From: a virus
IMG/VR virus record: IMGVR_UViG_3300032288_003086
Location: 1-64,000 of that record
Reading direction: 5' to 3' (one strand)
DNA length: 64,000 nt
Under the pieces are notes generated by a model. That model was given only the letters and a program-made list of their open reading frames with translations. It had not been told where the DNA came from and did no database searches. The position numbers and the translations under genes are program-made. Below are positions 19,016 through 28,558 of the stretch, in pieces (position 1 is the first letter of the stretch; every line of letters starts with the position of its first letter).

Positions 19016-21310
19016 ATGCCAGCTTTAACAACATACACAATATCATTCACAGTATCAGGGATCTCGTCGGAAACCATACGCATCAAGTATAAGGCGAACG
19101 ACGAGACCACCTATACTGTATTGGCAACACTTGCGAATGTTCCACCAGGGGTGCCACAGACATATACGCTTCCTCCATTGTTATCCCATAGGATGTATAC
19201 AGTGATATTGGAAACAGTCTGTAGTCCTACTTCTTTTGAATTTGGTGGTATTCGCTATCTAGCAAACTTCATCTGTAGTCCTTTTACAGTGGAGTTTGTA
19301 GGTCCTACAATATCTGTGGATTGGGAGTGTTATGTTCCAGAAGCAAGTGGGGATTCTGTAAAGGAATACAGGTTGGAGTATAAACCATTGGGTTCAAGTT
19401 CTCCATATTATGTGGAGACAATACCTATTGCTACTGTTGTAGCTGATTGGGCTTCAAATCCTGGAACTTATCCATTCTATAACTATGTATTGACTACAGG
19501 AGTCAATCAAGCTATATCCTATGAAGTCAATCATTACACTGTGATTGAGTATAACTTCTACACTTCTGGTGGAGGATCCATACCTATTGAAGTAGTGATT
19601 AACAGCACTACTCCATGTTCTGCAATATTGGAAGGCAATGAGTGTCCAAACTGCGGAGAGGCATTGGATTTTGTCAGTAATCCTGGAGCAGATGGTATTT
19701 ATGTAGATGATGAATCTCCAATCTTGGTTCCTCGGACAAGTGGTAGTTTTGGATATTATTTCAATCTTGCAGGTACAGGATCAGCATCTGGATCAACTAA
19801 TGGAGATTTCAACTGGAGATCATCAGTATTGATTACTGATCCAGGATCTCCTTATTATAATATGATTGCTGTTTCAGTGACTTTGTTTGGAGAGCCAGGT
19901 ACTCCTACCAAGATACAGATATGGGATCCAACGCCTACCCCAACTCCTGTTTTTGTAACTGAGTTCCAATTTGGAACTGGATTCTCAAACAATATATTTG
20001 GACCTATAAGTTATGATGCTGTCAATGACAGGGTCTATTTTACTATCATAGGGTTACAGATGCATTACCTTGATCTTGGTACTGGCACATTCACATTTGT
20101 AAGCAGCATCGGCGGCACACCTTCTGGAAACGTCTATGGATATGGCATGGCTGTTAATCCAGTGACAAATAAGAAATACACATTTTCCAGTGGAGTTTAC
20201 ATATATCCTCCAGATCGAGGATCTAATCAGATATTCTCAGCAACAGGTGTGCTACAGAATACTTTCCCATTTGACACACTCTATACAACTCCAGATCCTA
20301 CCATAGATGTTGAGTTTGCATCTACTGCAGGATTTGTATTTGACAACTTGGGATATGCTTATACGGTAACATCAACTCAATGTACCAACTATCTTCCTGG
20401 TTCTACCCAACGAGACATAGTAAAACTTGATCCTGTTACTAATGCCGTGGTTGGGATATTGAATTATGATCCTACACAGACTTGGTTACCATTGAGTTAT
20501 ACCAATAGTACTAATCAATCTGTGATGCAGTATTATGATGGCACTGGTTTGATTGCAGGAGAAAAGATACTTGTGGCGTATAGGAATATTGGTCCTTCTA
20601 CTGGGCAGACTCCTACAGGTAACATATTTACAAACTCCCCAGGTACAATAACCAGACTGGTGGCTTTTGACACCACTGCTCCTTATGCTTCTTCTGTAAT
20701 ACTTGAACTTCCAGATGCAACATATGGAGGAGTAAGCAAGTTCTTCTACAGTTATAAGTTCAACAAGATCTTTACAAATAGTGTGTATAATCAGTTATAT
20801 GCATTTGATATTGCAGGAAATGTGGTGTATTTTGAAAACACAATTCCATATACAGGTGGCACCCATTATGAGTTTAGCGATCTTCCATTCTGTAATAGGG
20901 TCTTTACAATAAACTCCGAATCTAATCCAAGTGCTAACCTTATATTAATTGAACCTGTAGATCCTTGTGATGGTGAAATTGTGCAGATGTATATTGGAGC
21001 TGATGGGCCATATCAATGGAATGCATCTACTAACTCTTGGGATGTGATGTGTAGTACAGTATTGACATCAGGCGTAGGAACATTCACAGTCACTGCATCC
21101 TTCCTTCCTTCTGCAGTACAAGGGGCATTATTGATATCCACAGATGGAGGAACAACCTATATACCTTATGAGGATCAATCCAATGTTCTATATGCTGCAC
21201 CTGTTGGATGGGCATTAGGAAGGATCTACACTGATCCAGGTGTTCCGTTTAGCGCAAGGGTTACTTTCACAGATACCACACCATGTAGTTTACAAGGAGC
21301 TGTTGTTTAA
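19016..21310 (+). CDS. Putative receptor-binding protein: FN3-like domains plus beta-propeller
   Basis: 764 aa. 'VKEYRLEYKP' is FN3-like. Blade-like repeats 'ISYDAVNDRVYF', 'MAVNPVTNKKY', 'FVFDNLGYAY'. Confidence 0.55.
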   Translation: MPALTTYTISFTVSGISSETIRIKYKANDETTYTVLATLANVPPGVPQTYTLPPLLSHRMYTVILETVCSPTSFEFGGIRYLANFICSPFTVEFVGPTISVDWECYVPEASGDSVKEYRLEYKPLGSSSPYYVETIPIATVVADWASNPGTYPFYNYVLTTGVNQAISYEVNHYTVIEYNFYTSGGGSIPIEVVINSTTPCSAILEGNECPNCGEALDFVSNPGADGIYVDDESPILVPRTSGSFGYYFNLAGTGSASGSTNGDFNWRSSVLITDPGSPYYNMIAVSVTLFGEPGTPTKIQIWDPTPTPTPVFVTEFQFGTGFSNNIFGPISYDAVNDRVYFTIIGLQMHYLDLGTGTFTFVSSIGGTPSGNVYGYGMAVNPVTNKKYTFSSGVYIYPPDRGSNQIFSATGVLQNTFPFDTLYTTPDPTIDVEFASTAGFVFDNLGYAYTVTSTQCTNYLPGSTQRDIVKLDPVTNAVVGILNYDPTQTWLPLSYTNSTNQSVMQYYDGTGLIAGEKILVAYRNIGPSTGQTPTGNIFTNSPGTITRLVAFDTTAPYASSVILELPDATYGGVSKFFYSYKFNKIFTNSVYNQLYAFDIAGNVVYFENTIPYTGGTHYEFSDLPFCNRVFTINSESNPSANLILIEPVDPCDGEIVQMYIGADGPYQWNASTNSWDVMCSTVLTSGVGTFTVTASFLPSAVQGALLISTDGGTTYIPYEDQSNVLYAAPVGWALGRIYTDPGVPFSARVTFTDTTPCSLQGAVV

Positions 21311-22089
21311 TGGGACTTTGGGGAGATACAATATTTAATAACCCCATAAGTCTTGCTGGGGGTATATATCTTGATAACTATTCTCAGACAGAGGTAAGGA
21401 TACGCAATTACGATTATACAGCCAACATATTCACTCATGAATCGCTGATCCTAAAGAACTCTAGTTGGGCATTTATAGAAACCCTGCTGGTATCTCCTCC
21501 CTTATATATACCATCCAATGCAATAACCATTGGACAAACAGGTCATAGTAACACTTATAGCTTTACCTATGACCAACTTGTAGATCCCACAGTTTCATCA
21601 ATTGATGAGCTTATAAGAACACTTAATGGTTGGTTCAACTTTGGAGGGGTTCCTATTTCAGTTAATGGTGGTACTCTTATCAGTGGATTAGCTGGTATAA
21701 ATTTCATAGAGGGAGCTAACATTACAATAAATGTTGCCCAGAATCTTACTACAAATCTTACGGATGTCACTATAAGTGCATTGGGTGGAGGTGGAGGATT
21801 CTCGTATACTACAGTTGCTGTCAATACAACTCCTTATGCAGTACTTCCAATTACAGGTTGGTATATGTATCTTGTGGATGCTACAGCAGGAAACATAGTA
21901 ATCAACTTCCCCACGGCGGTTGGTAACAATGCAGTCTATACAGTAAAGAAAGTGGATGCTTCAGCCAATACAGTTACACTTACTCCCAATGGTGCAGAGA
22001 CTATAGATGGCGCGGCGACCAAGATTATCAGATTTCAAAACACCAGCATTGACATATACAGTGACAATGCTAACTTATATATAATGTAA
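21310..22089 (+). CDS. Tail fibre-associated protein
   Basis: C-terminal 'LVDATAGNIVINFP...VKKVDASANTVTLTPNGAETIDG' is a common phage fibre module. Confidence 0.65.
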   Translation: MGLWGDTIFNNPISLAGGIYLDNYSQTEVRIRNYDYTANIFTHESLILKNSSWAFIETLLVSPPLYIPSNAITIGQTGHSNTYSFTYDQLVDPTVSSIDELIRTLNGWFNFGGVPISVNGGTLISGLAGINFIEGANITINVAQNLTTNLTDVTISALGGGGGFSYTTVAVNTTPYAVLPITGWYMYLVDATAGNIVINFPTAVGNNAVYTVKKVDASANTVTLTPNGAETIDGAATKIIRFQNTSIDIYSDNANLYIM

Positions 22090-25000
22090 TGGCATACATC
22101 GAATCAGTAATAATCAGGGATACTGGAGGTACAGAAGCTGATGTAACCGCAGCCAATGCGCTGAAGGTGGATGGGTCTGCTGTCACCCAACCAGTCAATA
22201 TAGTAGCAGGTTCCATTTCCGCATCAGTTGACTTGCAACAGGATGTCTTTGGACAGCTTGTTATTGCAAACAGGTATAATCAGTTTGAAATCAACTATGA
22301 TACAACAGATCCTGATTCCATATCTGAGATCACAGTTACCAAGACAAGCGGGGGTGATGCATCCAATCTGAATGGTCAGGCTGTATTCACATCCAACGCC
22401 AACACCAATGGTGGGGTAAAAGCTGTTACAAACCTCAGTACTACCTATAGACCAAACTCTGAAACATATGCGGCTTTCACAGCGATATGGCCTTCAGGAG
22501 GTCTTGCCAATTCATATCAACGTATTGGTATCTATGATGCAAACAATGGATTCTTCATAGGTTATGAGGGTACTGCGTTTGGTATAACCTTGCGTAAAGC
22601 AGCGGTTGATAGCTTTATCGCACAAGCTGCTTGGAATGTGGACACTCTTACTGGAGGTGTAGGTTCCAAGTATACACGCAATGGAGTACCTGAGGCGATT
22701 GATTTTACAAAGGACAACCTTTTTAGATTAAGATATGGATGGTTGGGAGCTGCTCCAATCTATTGGGAGGTTCTTAGTCCTGATGGAGAGTGGGTGCTGT
22801 TTGACATATACAGACATCCCAATACCACAGGTGGCACTACGATCAATAATCCAGACCTACCAATGACTCTGGATATCAAGAAGACTGCAGCTGGTGCTAC
22901 TGTTCTAACCATGAACACCGCTTGCTGGGCAGCTGGTACCACCTCTCCTTATACCAAGATATCAAGCACTATCAATGACAATACCTTGGCCAATATGTCA
23001 AGGTCTGTAATCACTGGTCGTTCAAGCACTGGTGGTGGTACGTATTATAATGTGAAGGTTAATCCGTCAGGATCTCTTGTTACCACTGCTGACTTTGCAT
23101 TTCCTGAGGATTCCGCGCACGCGAGCGGGGATACTGGAGCATTTGTAATGGGAGTCAGGAATGACGCTAATGCGGCAATGACAACAACTGATGGAGATTA
23201 CAGTCCCATAGCTGTCAATGCAAATGGTGCAGTAGCTATCAATGATGGTGGTAATAGTGTAACAGTAGATGCTCCTGTTGGCACTCCTGTGAATGTCCAA
23301 ATAGGTGATGGTACTGATACTGCGGATGTACTTCCTTTGGCTGGCAATGATGCACTTGTTGTTGCCATTGTAGATGGTACAGGTACGCAGATTACATCAT
23401 TTGGCGGCGGAGTTCAATATCAAGAAGACACTCCTCATACTACAGGTGACACAGGAACTCTTTCACTTGCTATCAGGAATGATGATGCAGGTACAGCATT
23501 AACCAGTAATAATGGAGATTATTCAGGTATTGCTGTTGATTCTAGGGGTCAAGTATTTATCAATACAGCATCTGGTAATTCACTGAATGTCAATGTCACT
23601 GGTCTTCCTAATGAGGGACAGCAGACAATGGCTAACAGTATATCTGTGGCTATTGCATCTGATCAATCAGCTGTTCCCATTTCTGGAACTGTGACTGCAT
23701 CAGTATCAGGAACAGTTACAGCAAGTGTAAATTTTTCATATAGTGAAGACAGTGCTCATGTAAGTAACGATAAAGGAGCCTTTATACTTGGTGTAAGAAA
23801 CGACTCTGCAGCTACTACTTTTACAAGTACTGATGGGGATTACTCTCCTATTGCCACAGATGATAAGGGAAGAGTATTTGATTATGCTTCCCAGGAAGTA
23901 AGTACAGGATATGCAAGAGGTGTTTCAACCATAGGTGGAGTTGATGGAAATACAGGTAATGCAGAGGTTGATAACATATATGTTCTTACAAATGGCAATG
24001 CGCTTGCTGTAGGTCTTGCTGACAAGAACGGAGATCTTATTGGAGCAGAAAAGCTGATTGAAACCCATCGTAAGGAAGATGATCCCCATACGACAGGTGA
24101 TTATGGAAACTTTGTACTTGCTGTAAGAAACGATGCAAATGCTGTAGTTACTTCAACTGATGGTGACTATTCCCAGATATCAGTCAACGACAAAGGAGCT
24201 ATTGCTATCCAAGACGGAGGCAACTCAATCACTGTAGACGGTACTGTGGGAGTATCAGGTACTGTTACTGTATCAGGTACTGTTGCCGCAACCCAATCAG
24301 GAACTTGGGTACTAGGTGCGAACTCTGGAGTGGATATTGGAGATGTTGATGTCACCAGTGTTATCCCAGGAACTGGAGCTACTAACTTAGGAAAAGCGGA
24401 GGATGCAGCACACACTTCAGGTGATGTGGGGGTGATGACCTTAGGTGTTAGAAACGATAGTGCTTCAAATACGCTTTCCAATAGCAATGGTGATTATACT
24501 CCTATAGCCACAGATCAATATGGCAAACAGTTTAGTGTATCTGAAAGAGTACATAATACAGTACACACGCCTTCTGACATTGGGACATTTATACTTGCTG
24601 TACGTAATGACAATGCTGTAAATCAAGCAGCTACATTAAATAATACCTATGCATCCATATCAGTAGATGAATTTGGTAAAGCGTATGGAGCAGAGAACAA
24701 GCAGGAAGATAATGCTCACACATCAGGTGACACTGGAAGTTTTATACTTGCTGTAAGGAATGACTCCAATACATCTATGACATCTGCCAATGGAGACTAC
24801 TCTCCAATTGCAGTTAATGCCAATGGAGCAGTTGCCATTAATGATGGTGGAAACTCTATTACTGTGGATGGTACTGTTGCAGCTACGCAGTCTGGTACTT
24901 GGAACGTGGTTGCCGCAGGTGATGTGGCTCATGATTCCCCTGATTCTGGTAATCCAGTTAAGATTGGATTCCAAGCTGAGACAACACTGCCAACAGCTGT

Positions 25001-25421
25001 TGCCAATGGAGACAGAACCAATGGAACAGCTGATCAGTTTGGAAGGCAGCTTGTCACTCACATATCACCAGGTATGCAAACCTGGAAATCTGGTAACTAC
25101 ACTACCACACAGACAGGTGTTGCACTTTGGACTCCTACCGCAGGTAAGACTGTTGCAGTCACATATCTTGCGGTTAGTTCTTATGCTACTACCGCAGGAC
25201 GTGTCATTGTTTGGTTTGGAGCTACTGCTGATACCACATATACAGCAGGTACAGACCAGCTTGTATGGGCGGGATCATTTGCTCCATCTGCCAACAGTAA
25301 ACCTGGGGCGATACTTACATTCAATACTCCTGTGTTTTCTGCAAACGTGGACTACGTGCTGCGTGTGACTACGGATGCCAATATATCACTTGATGTTTCA
25401 GTTTATGGATATGAATTCTAA
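22089..25421 (+). CDS. Long tail fibre with seven ~41-aa repeats
   Basis: 1110 aa with an N-terminal beta-rich (lectin-like) domain and repeats ED.xH.xGD.G.f.L.VRND...t..dGDYS.I..d..G. Confidence 0.7.
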   Translation: MAYIESVIIRDTGGTEADVTAANALKVDGSAVTQPVNIVAGSISASVDLQQDVFGQLVIANRYNQFEINYDTTDPDSISEITVTKTSGGDASNLNGQAVFTSNANTNGGVKAVTNLSTTYRPNSETYAAFTAIWPSGGLANSYQRIGIYDANNGFFIGYEGTAFGITLRKAAVDSFIAQAAWNVDTLTGGVGSKYTRNGVPEAIDFTKDNLFRLRYGWLGAAPIYWEVLSPDGEWVLFDIYRHPNTTGGTTINNPDLPMTLDIKKTAAGATVLTMNTACWAAGTTSPYTKISSTINDNTLANMSRSVITGRSSTGGGTYYNVKVNPSGSLVTTADFAFPEDSAHASGDTGAFVMGVRNDANAAMTTTDGDYSPIAVNANGAVAINDGGNSVTVDAPVGTPVNVQIGDGTDTADVLPLAGNDALVVAIVDGTGTQITSFGGGVQYQEDTPHTTGDTGTLSLAIRNDDAGTALTSNNGDYSGIAVDSRGQVFINTASGNSLNVNVTGLPNEGQQTMANSISVAIASDQSAVPISGTVTASVSGTVTASVNFSYSEDSAHVSNDKGAFILGVRNDSAATTFTSTDGDYSPIATDDKGRVFDYASQEVSTGYARGVSTIGGVDGNTGNAEVDNIYVLTNGNALAVGLADKNGDLIGAEKLIETHRKEDDPHTTGDYGNFVLAVRNDANAVVTSTDGDYSQISVNDKGAIAIQDGGNSITVDGTVGVSGTVTVSGTVAATQSGTWVLGANSGVDIGDVDVTSVIPGTGATNLGKAEDAAHTSGDVGVMTLGVRNDSASNTLSNSNGDYTPIATDQYGKQFSVSERVHNTVHTPSDIGTFILAVRNDNAVNQAATLNNTYASISVDEFGKAYGAENKQEDNAHTSGDTGSFILAVRNDSNTSMTSANGDYSPIAVNANGAVAINDGGNSITVDGTVAATQSGTWNVVAAGDVAHDSPDSGNPVKIGFQAETTLPTAVANGDRTNGTADQFGRQLVTHISPGMQTWKSGNYTTTQTGVALWTPTAGKTVAVTYLAVSSYATTAGRVIVWFGATADTTYTAGTDQLVWAGSFAPSANSKPGAILTFNTPVFSANVDYVLRVTTDANISLDVSVYGYEF
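23106..24827 (+). repeat. Seven dispersed His/RND protein repeats
   Basis: Copies begin EDSAH, EDTPH, EDSAH, EDDPH, EDAAH, HNTVH, EDNAH. H and RND are invariant. Confidence 0.85.
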
Positions 25422-25618
25422 TGGATAAGCTAATTGAACTTGTAGATAAGGTAGATACTGGTGTTGAGATAAGACTCATCGCAGAGATGAACATATATGA
25501 ACTTGGCGTACATGTTGCCCAGTGGAGCAGGTCTCCTTTCAGTTTCCCATCAGGGATGCCTGACCAGGATATCATAGACTCCCTTCAACAAAACCAATAC
25601 GCACACTATTTTGAATAA
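25421..25618 (+). CDS. Small acidic protein, possible fibre assembly factor
   Basis: 65 aa, TAATG-coupled on both sides. Confidence 0.6.
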   Translation: MDKLIELVDKVDTGVEIRLIAEMNIYELGVHVAQWSRSPFSFPSGMPDQDIIDSLQQNQYAHYFE

Positions 25619-26049
25619 TGGCTACTACTACTAACAGATACCTGGCATATCCTGCCGCAGCAAACGGAATATCAAGAGCATCATCAGGTGGTGTTGCTTG
25701 GTCTTTTTCTGCATGGACAGAGGTTGTTCCTGCATCCACCATTACCGCTAACTTTTATATCGCAGGTATCACATGGGCGTGGCATACTCCAGTGGCTGCC
25801 GCTGATACAACATATCAGTGGATCATAGAACTTGGTACAGGTGCAGCAGCTGCGGAAACAACCATCATACAGGTTCCATCAAATGTCAGGGGTGATACCT
25901 TGGTAGGATATGTCCCATCAATGAATGTCATGTTTCCTGAGCCTAAGTTTGTCGCAGCCAACACAAGGATTTCAGTAAGGGTGGCGTACTCCCTTGCCAC
26001 TACAAGCAATACGCTGACTGGTATTAAAATCATCTATCAGATTCCTTAA
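25618..26049 (+). CDS. Small beta-sandwich fibre-tip protein (paralog 1)
   Basis: 143 aa. Paralog of the next gene (WTE, E.G.G.A.AE, VR.DT.VGY, PEP, TRI..RVA.SLAT). Confidence 0.6.
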   Translation: MATTTNRYLAYPAAANGISRASSGGVAWSFSAWTEVVPASTITANFYIAGITWAWHTPVAAADTTYQWIIELGTGAAAAETTIIQVPSNVRGDTLVGYVPSMNVMFPEPKFVAANTRISVRVAYSLATTSNTLTGIKIIYQIP

Positions 26050-26519
26050 TGGCTCTTGATGATATAGAATCGTTACCCACGACTGTCAATGGTATAACAC
26101 CCATATCAGCGGCATCAATATGGGGATTTGGTCTGTGGACTGAACTTACATCAGCCACAACCACGGATATCTATGTCATAAGTCTTGTATTCCAGATAAC
26201 CAACATCCCTGCTTTGGATACAACTGTAGAGCAGCTTTTTGAGATAGGTATTGGAACAGCAGGAGCAGAAGTTACTGACATACAGATACCTTATAATGTA
26301 AGGAATGACACCCAGGTTGGTTATTACTTGACAACACCAGACCATATATTCCTACCTGAGCCTGTGTTGATTACATCAGGAACAAGGATAGCGATCAGGG
26401 TAGCGGATAGTCTTGCTACTGCAATCACCTACCAAGGTGTGAAAATCATGTATACAGAGGGGGCATCTGCATTTACCCCAGTAGATCCTTTTGGGATGAT
26501 GGGGATCTTTGGGATCTAA
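26049..26519 (+). CDS. Small beta-sandwich fibre-tip protein (paralog 2)
   Basis: 156 aa. Same shared motifs as the previous gene. Confidence 0.6.
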   Translation: MALDDIESLPTTVNGITPISAASIWGFGLWTELTSATTTDIYVISLVFQITNIPALDTTVEQLFEIGIGTAGAEVTDIQIPYNVRNDTQVGYYLTTPDHIFLPEPVLITSGTRIAIRVADSLATAITYQGVKIMYTEGASAFTPVDPFGMMGIFGI

Positions 26520-26534
26520 AAGTCCCAAATTTTT
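26508..26534 (+). terminator. Terminator hairpin TTTGGGA...TCCCAAA-TTTTT
   Basis: 7-8 bp stem over the stop codon, followed by a U-tract. Confidence 0.55.
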
Positions 26535-26545
26535 CGTATATTATA
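26527..26545 (+). promoter_or_regulatory. Putative late promoter AAATTTTTCG-TATATTATA
   Basis: Recurrent motif; core is 34 nt before ATG 26571. Confidence 0.55.
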
Positions 26546-26570
26546 TGTGTAACCTAAAACACATATAAAA

Positions 26571-27431
26571 ATGAAAAAATTCATTGGATTGATGGCAGTG
26601 CTGATGACCATCGTAACTCTTTCAGTATCAGCGCAAACTTGTCCTACTGCTGTTGAGAAACCCATCATTTATGGGGACTTTACACCATGTAGAAACCAAA
26701 GAAATGTTACTTACACAATTGCTAACCGCAATCCTGCGCTTCCAATGCAATGGACCTGGTGTCGTGGTCAAGTTGGTCAGAACGTTTCTGCTGGTTTTGT
26801 ACCCACTGAATATCGCTGGACTCTTCCTTCAATGACCACTGCTACTGATGGTATTACTACAGTAAACTCAAGCTCAGGCGGTTATCTTTATACTACTCAG
26901 ACTACTATTGCTGTAAGCTACAAAACTCGTGGTGGTTATCTGAGCTGCTACTACAAAGACTCTTGTGGAGTATGGCAAGCGATGAGTGGTCGTACCATCA
27001 ATCTTACTTGTGATGCTGGTACAGGGGAATTCCCATATGTAGCTCCTGCAGCTGTTGACACTGGACGTACTGTGATTAATGCAGATGTTATCCATGGTAC
27101 TTATGAGATGAGTTTTGATTTGGATAGTATTTCTGGTGAGACTGGTCCACACACTAATCTTGTAATGTATGTAAAGTGTCCTACCTGTTCTTGTTCTAGT
27201 AACTATGCGGTTTGGTTCTCTGATGGTTGGTATCAGCAGATTCGTCAAACTCCTGATCCATCTCTTCCTTTTACTGTGGCTTATGGATGGAGTTTGTACT
27301 TCGCATCTCCTAGTACTCCACCTCGAACTTTCCGTATTGCTGGTTCAGGTGCAAGTGGTGGATGGATAAGTTTACCATTTACCATCAGTACTTCAGTACC
27401 TTCTACAGTAAATTATCCAACGCTTCCCTAA
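26571..27431 (+). CDS. Secreted (Sec/SPase I) protein with PKD/Ig-like domain
   Basis: Signal peptide MKKFIGLMAVLMTIVTLSVSA|Q, with Gln at +1 as is typical of Bacteroidota. 'IYGDFTPC...TYTI...YRWTLP' is PKD-like. Several Cys. Confidence 0.7.
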   Translation: MKKFIGLMAVLMTIVTLSVSAQTCPTAVEKPIIYGDFTPCRNQRNVTYTIANRNPALPMQWTWCRGQVGQNVSAGFVPTEYRWTLPSMTTATDGITTVNSSSGGYLYTTQTTIAVSYKTRGGYLSCYYKDSCGVWQAMSGRTINLTCDAGTGEFPYVAPAAVDTGRTVINADVIHGTYEMSFDLDSISGETGPHTNLVMYVKCPTCSCSSNYAVWFSDGWYQQIRQTPDPSLPFTVAYGWSLYFASPSTPPRTFRIAGSGASGGWISLPFTISTSVPSTVNYPTLP

Positions 27432-27441
27432 ACCATAGGTC

Positions 27442-28050
27442 ATGAAAGCCACTAGACTTCTTATTCTTCTCACAGCCTTGTTCATCATGGGCTGTGAGAA
27501 GGAGGATGTCAAACAGACATCTTCAAAAGCAAATGATGTAAAAACAGATTTGTCACAGGAGACCTCAGAGGATCAGCCTAGTGGAGAAAGAAGAGGTGGA
27601 AATGGCAATGGTAACGGTCAAGGTAACAATAACCAAATTACTGATCCTTGTGCCAGTTATCCTGTATATCCTATTGTAAATCAAGAGCCTACTGATTGGA
27701 ATATCAAGGTTGACACCACGATCTGCGGTATGGTTGTATTCAAATGGGATGCGCAGCCTGGGTTTAATCCAGTGACTGATACTTGCTTTACCATAGCCAG
27801 ATACTATTACATAGGGTTTGCTCCTGTAGGACATACCAACGGCTGCACAGGTGGCGGATCAATCAGTGCTACAAACTCCTACTATTACACCCTTGGCGCA
27901 GGATGTTCCCTGTGGCCAGGATACAAGTACATTATGGGTATCACTTACTATGAAAGGAATGTAGAACTACAGACCACCTTTGTAAGGGCATCCAAGACAG
28001 TGGAGTTTACAGCAGGTTCACGCACACCGTGGCTTAATAATTGTAACTAA
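27442..28050 (+). CDS. Lipoprotein (SPase II), probably surface-exposed
   Basis: MKATRLLILLTALFIMG|C-EKED: a lipobox plus a K(D/E)-rich motif like the Bacteroidota lipoprotein export signal. Disordered linker, then an FN3-like domain. Confidence 0.75.
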   Translation: MKATRLLILLTALFIMGCEKEDVKQTSSKANDVKTDLSQETSEDQPSGERRGGNGNGNGQGNNNQITDPCASYPVYPIVNQEPTDWNIKVDTTICGMVVFKWDAQPGFNPVTDTCFTIARYYYIGFAPVGHTNGCTGGGSISATNSYYYTLGAGCSLWPGYKYIMGITYYERNVELQTTFVRASKTVEFTAGSRTPWLNNCN

Positions 28051-28065
28051 TATAAACATTTAAAA

Positions 28066-28449
28066 ATGAACGCAGTACCATTTCTCAAATCAAAGATCGT
28101 ATGGGTACAGATCTTGGCAGCATTGTCAATCCTTGTAGCTCAGTATGGTCAGTTTGGATTTATGAATCCTCAGATTGCCATGTTCATCAGCTTTGCTTTG
28201 ACAGCAATTCTTCAGCAGTTTGGATCATACAAACCCATTACGCTTACAGGCATTTCTCATGATAAGACCATGTTCTGGACAAACGTAGTAGCTGCTGGTT
28301 TGATGATCACTGATTACTTCTTAGAAAACCAGATATTCATGTCCTGCGGGATGAATGCAAACATGATTGGTATGTTCATGATCACTGTGAACCTGGTTTT
28401 GCGTACTTACTTTACAAACCAGCCATCTGACGAAGTAGCTGGTAAATAA
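28066..28449 (+). CDS. Four-TM membrane protein, holin-like
   Basis: 127 aa with four hydrophobic segments and an internal duplication (KSKIVWVQILAA / HDKTMFWTNVVAA). Confidence 0.55.
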   Translation: MNAVPFLKSKIVWVQILAALSILVAQYGQFGFMNPQIAMFISFALTAILQQFGSYKPITLTGISHDKTMFWTNVVAAGLMITDYFLENQIFMSCGMNANMIGMFMITVNLVLRTYFTNQPSDEVAGK

Positions 28450-28500
28450 TAAGTTTCTCTTGGTTAATCGACTGGGGATAGCTTATTTTGTTGAAAATCA

Positions 28501-28542
28501 ACAGTTGCGGGCAGTTACTTAGGTAGCTGTCCGCAGTACTGT
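28501..28542 (+). other. Strong RNA hairpin (13-bp stem with 2 G-U pairs, UUAG loop, 5-bp extension)
   Basis: ACAGT-TGCGGGCAGTTAC-TTAG-GTAGCTGTCCGCA-GT-ACTGT. Confidence 0.7.
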
Positions 28543-28558
28543 ATATATTTAATTGACA

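Noticed and set aside
23106-24827. CRISPR array or DGR template/variable repeats
   Set aside because: Repeats are conserved at protein level with synonymous divergence, not adenine-specific changes or identical DNA repeats. No reverse transcriptase or cas gene is visible.
28450-28552. tRNA in structured intergenic regions (also 31387-31498)
   Set aside because: No cloverleaf, T-loop GTTCRA or acceptor stem found.
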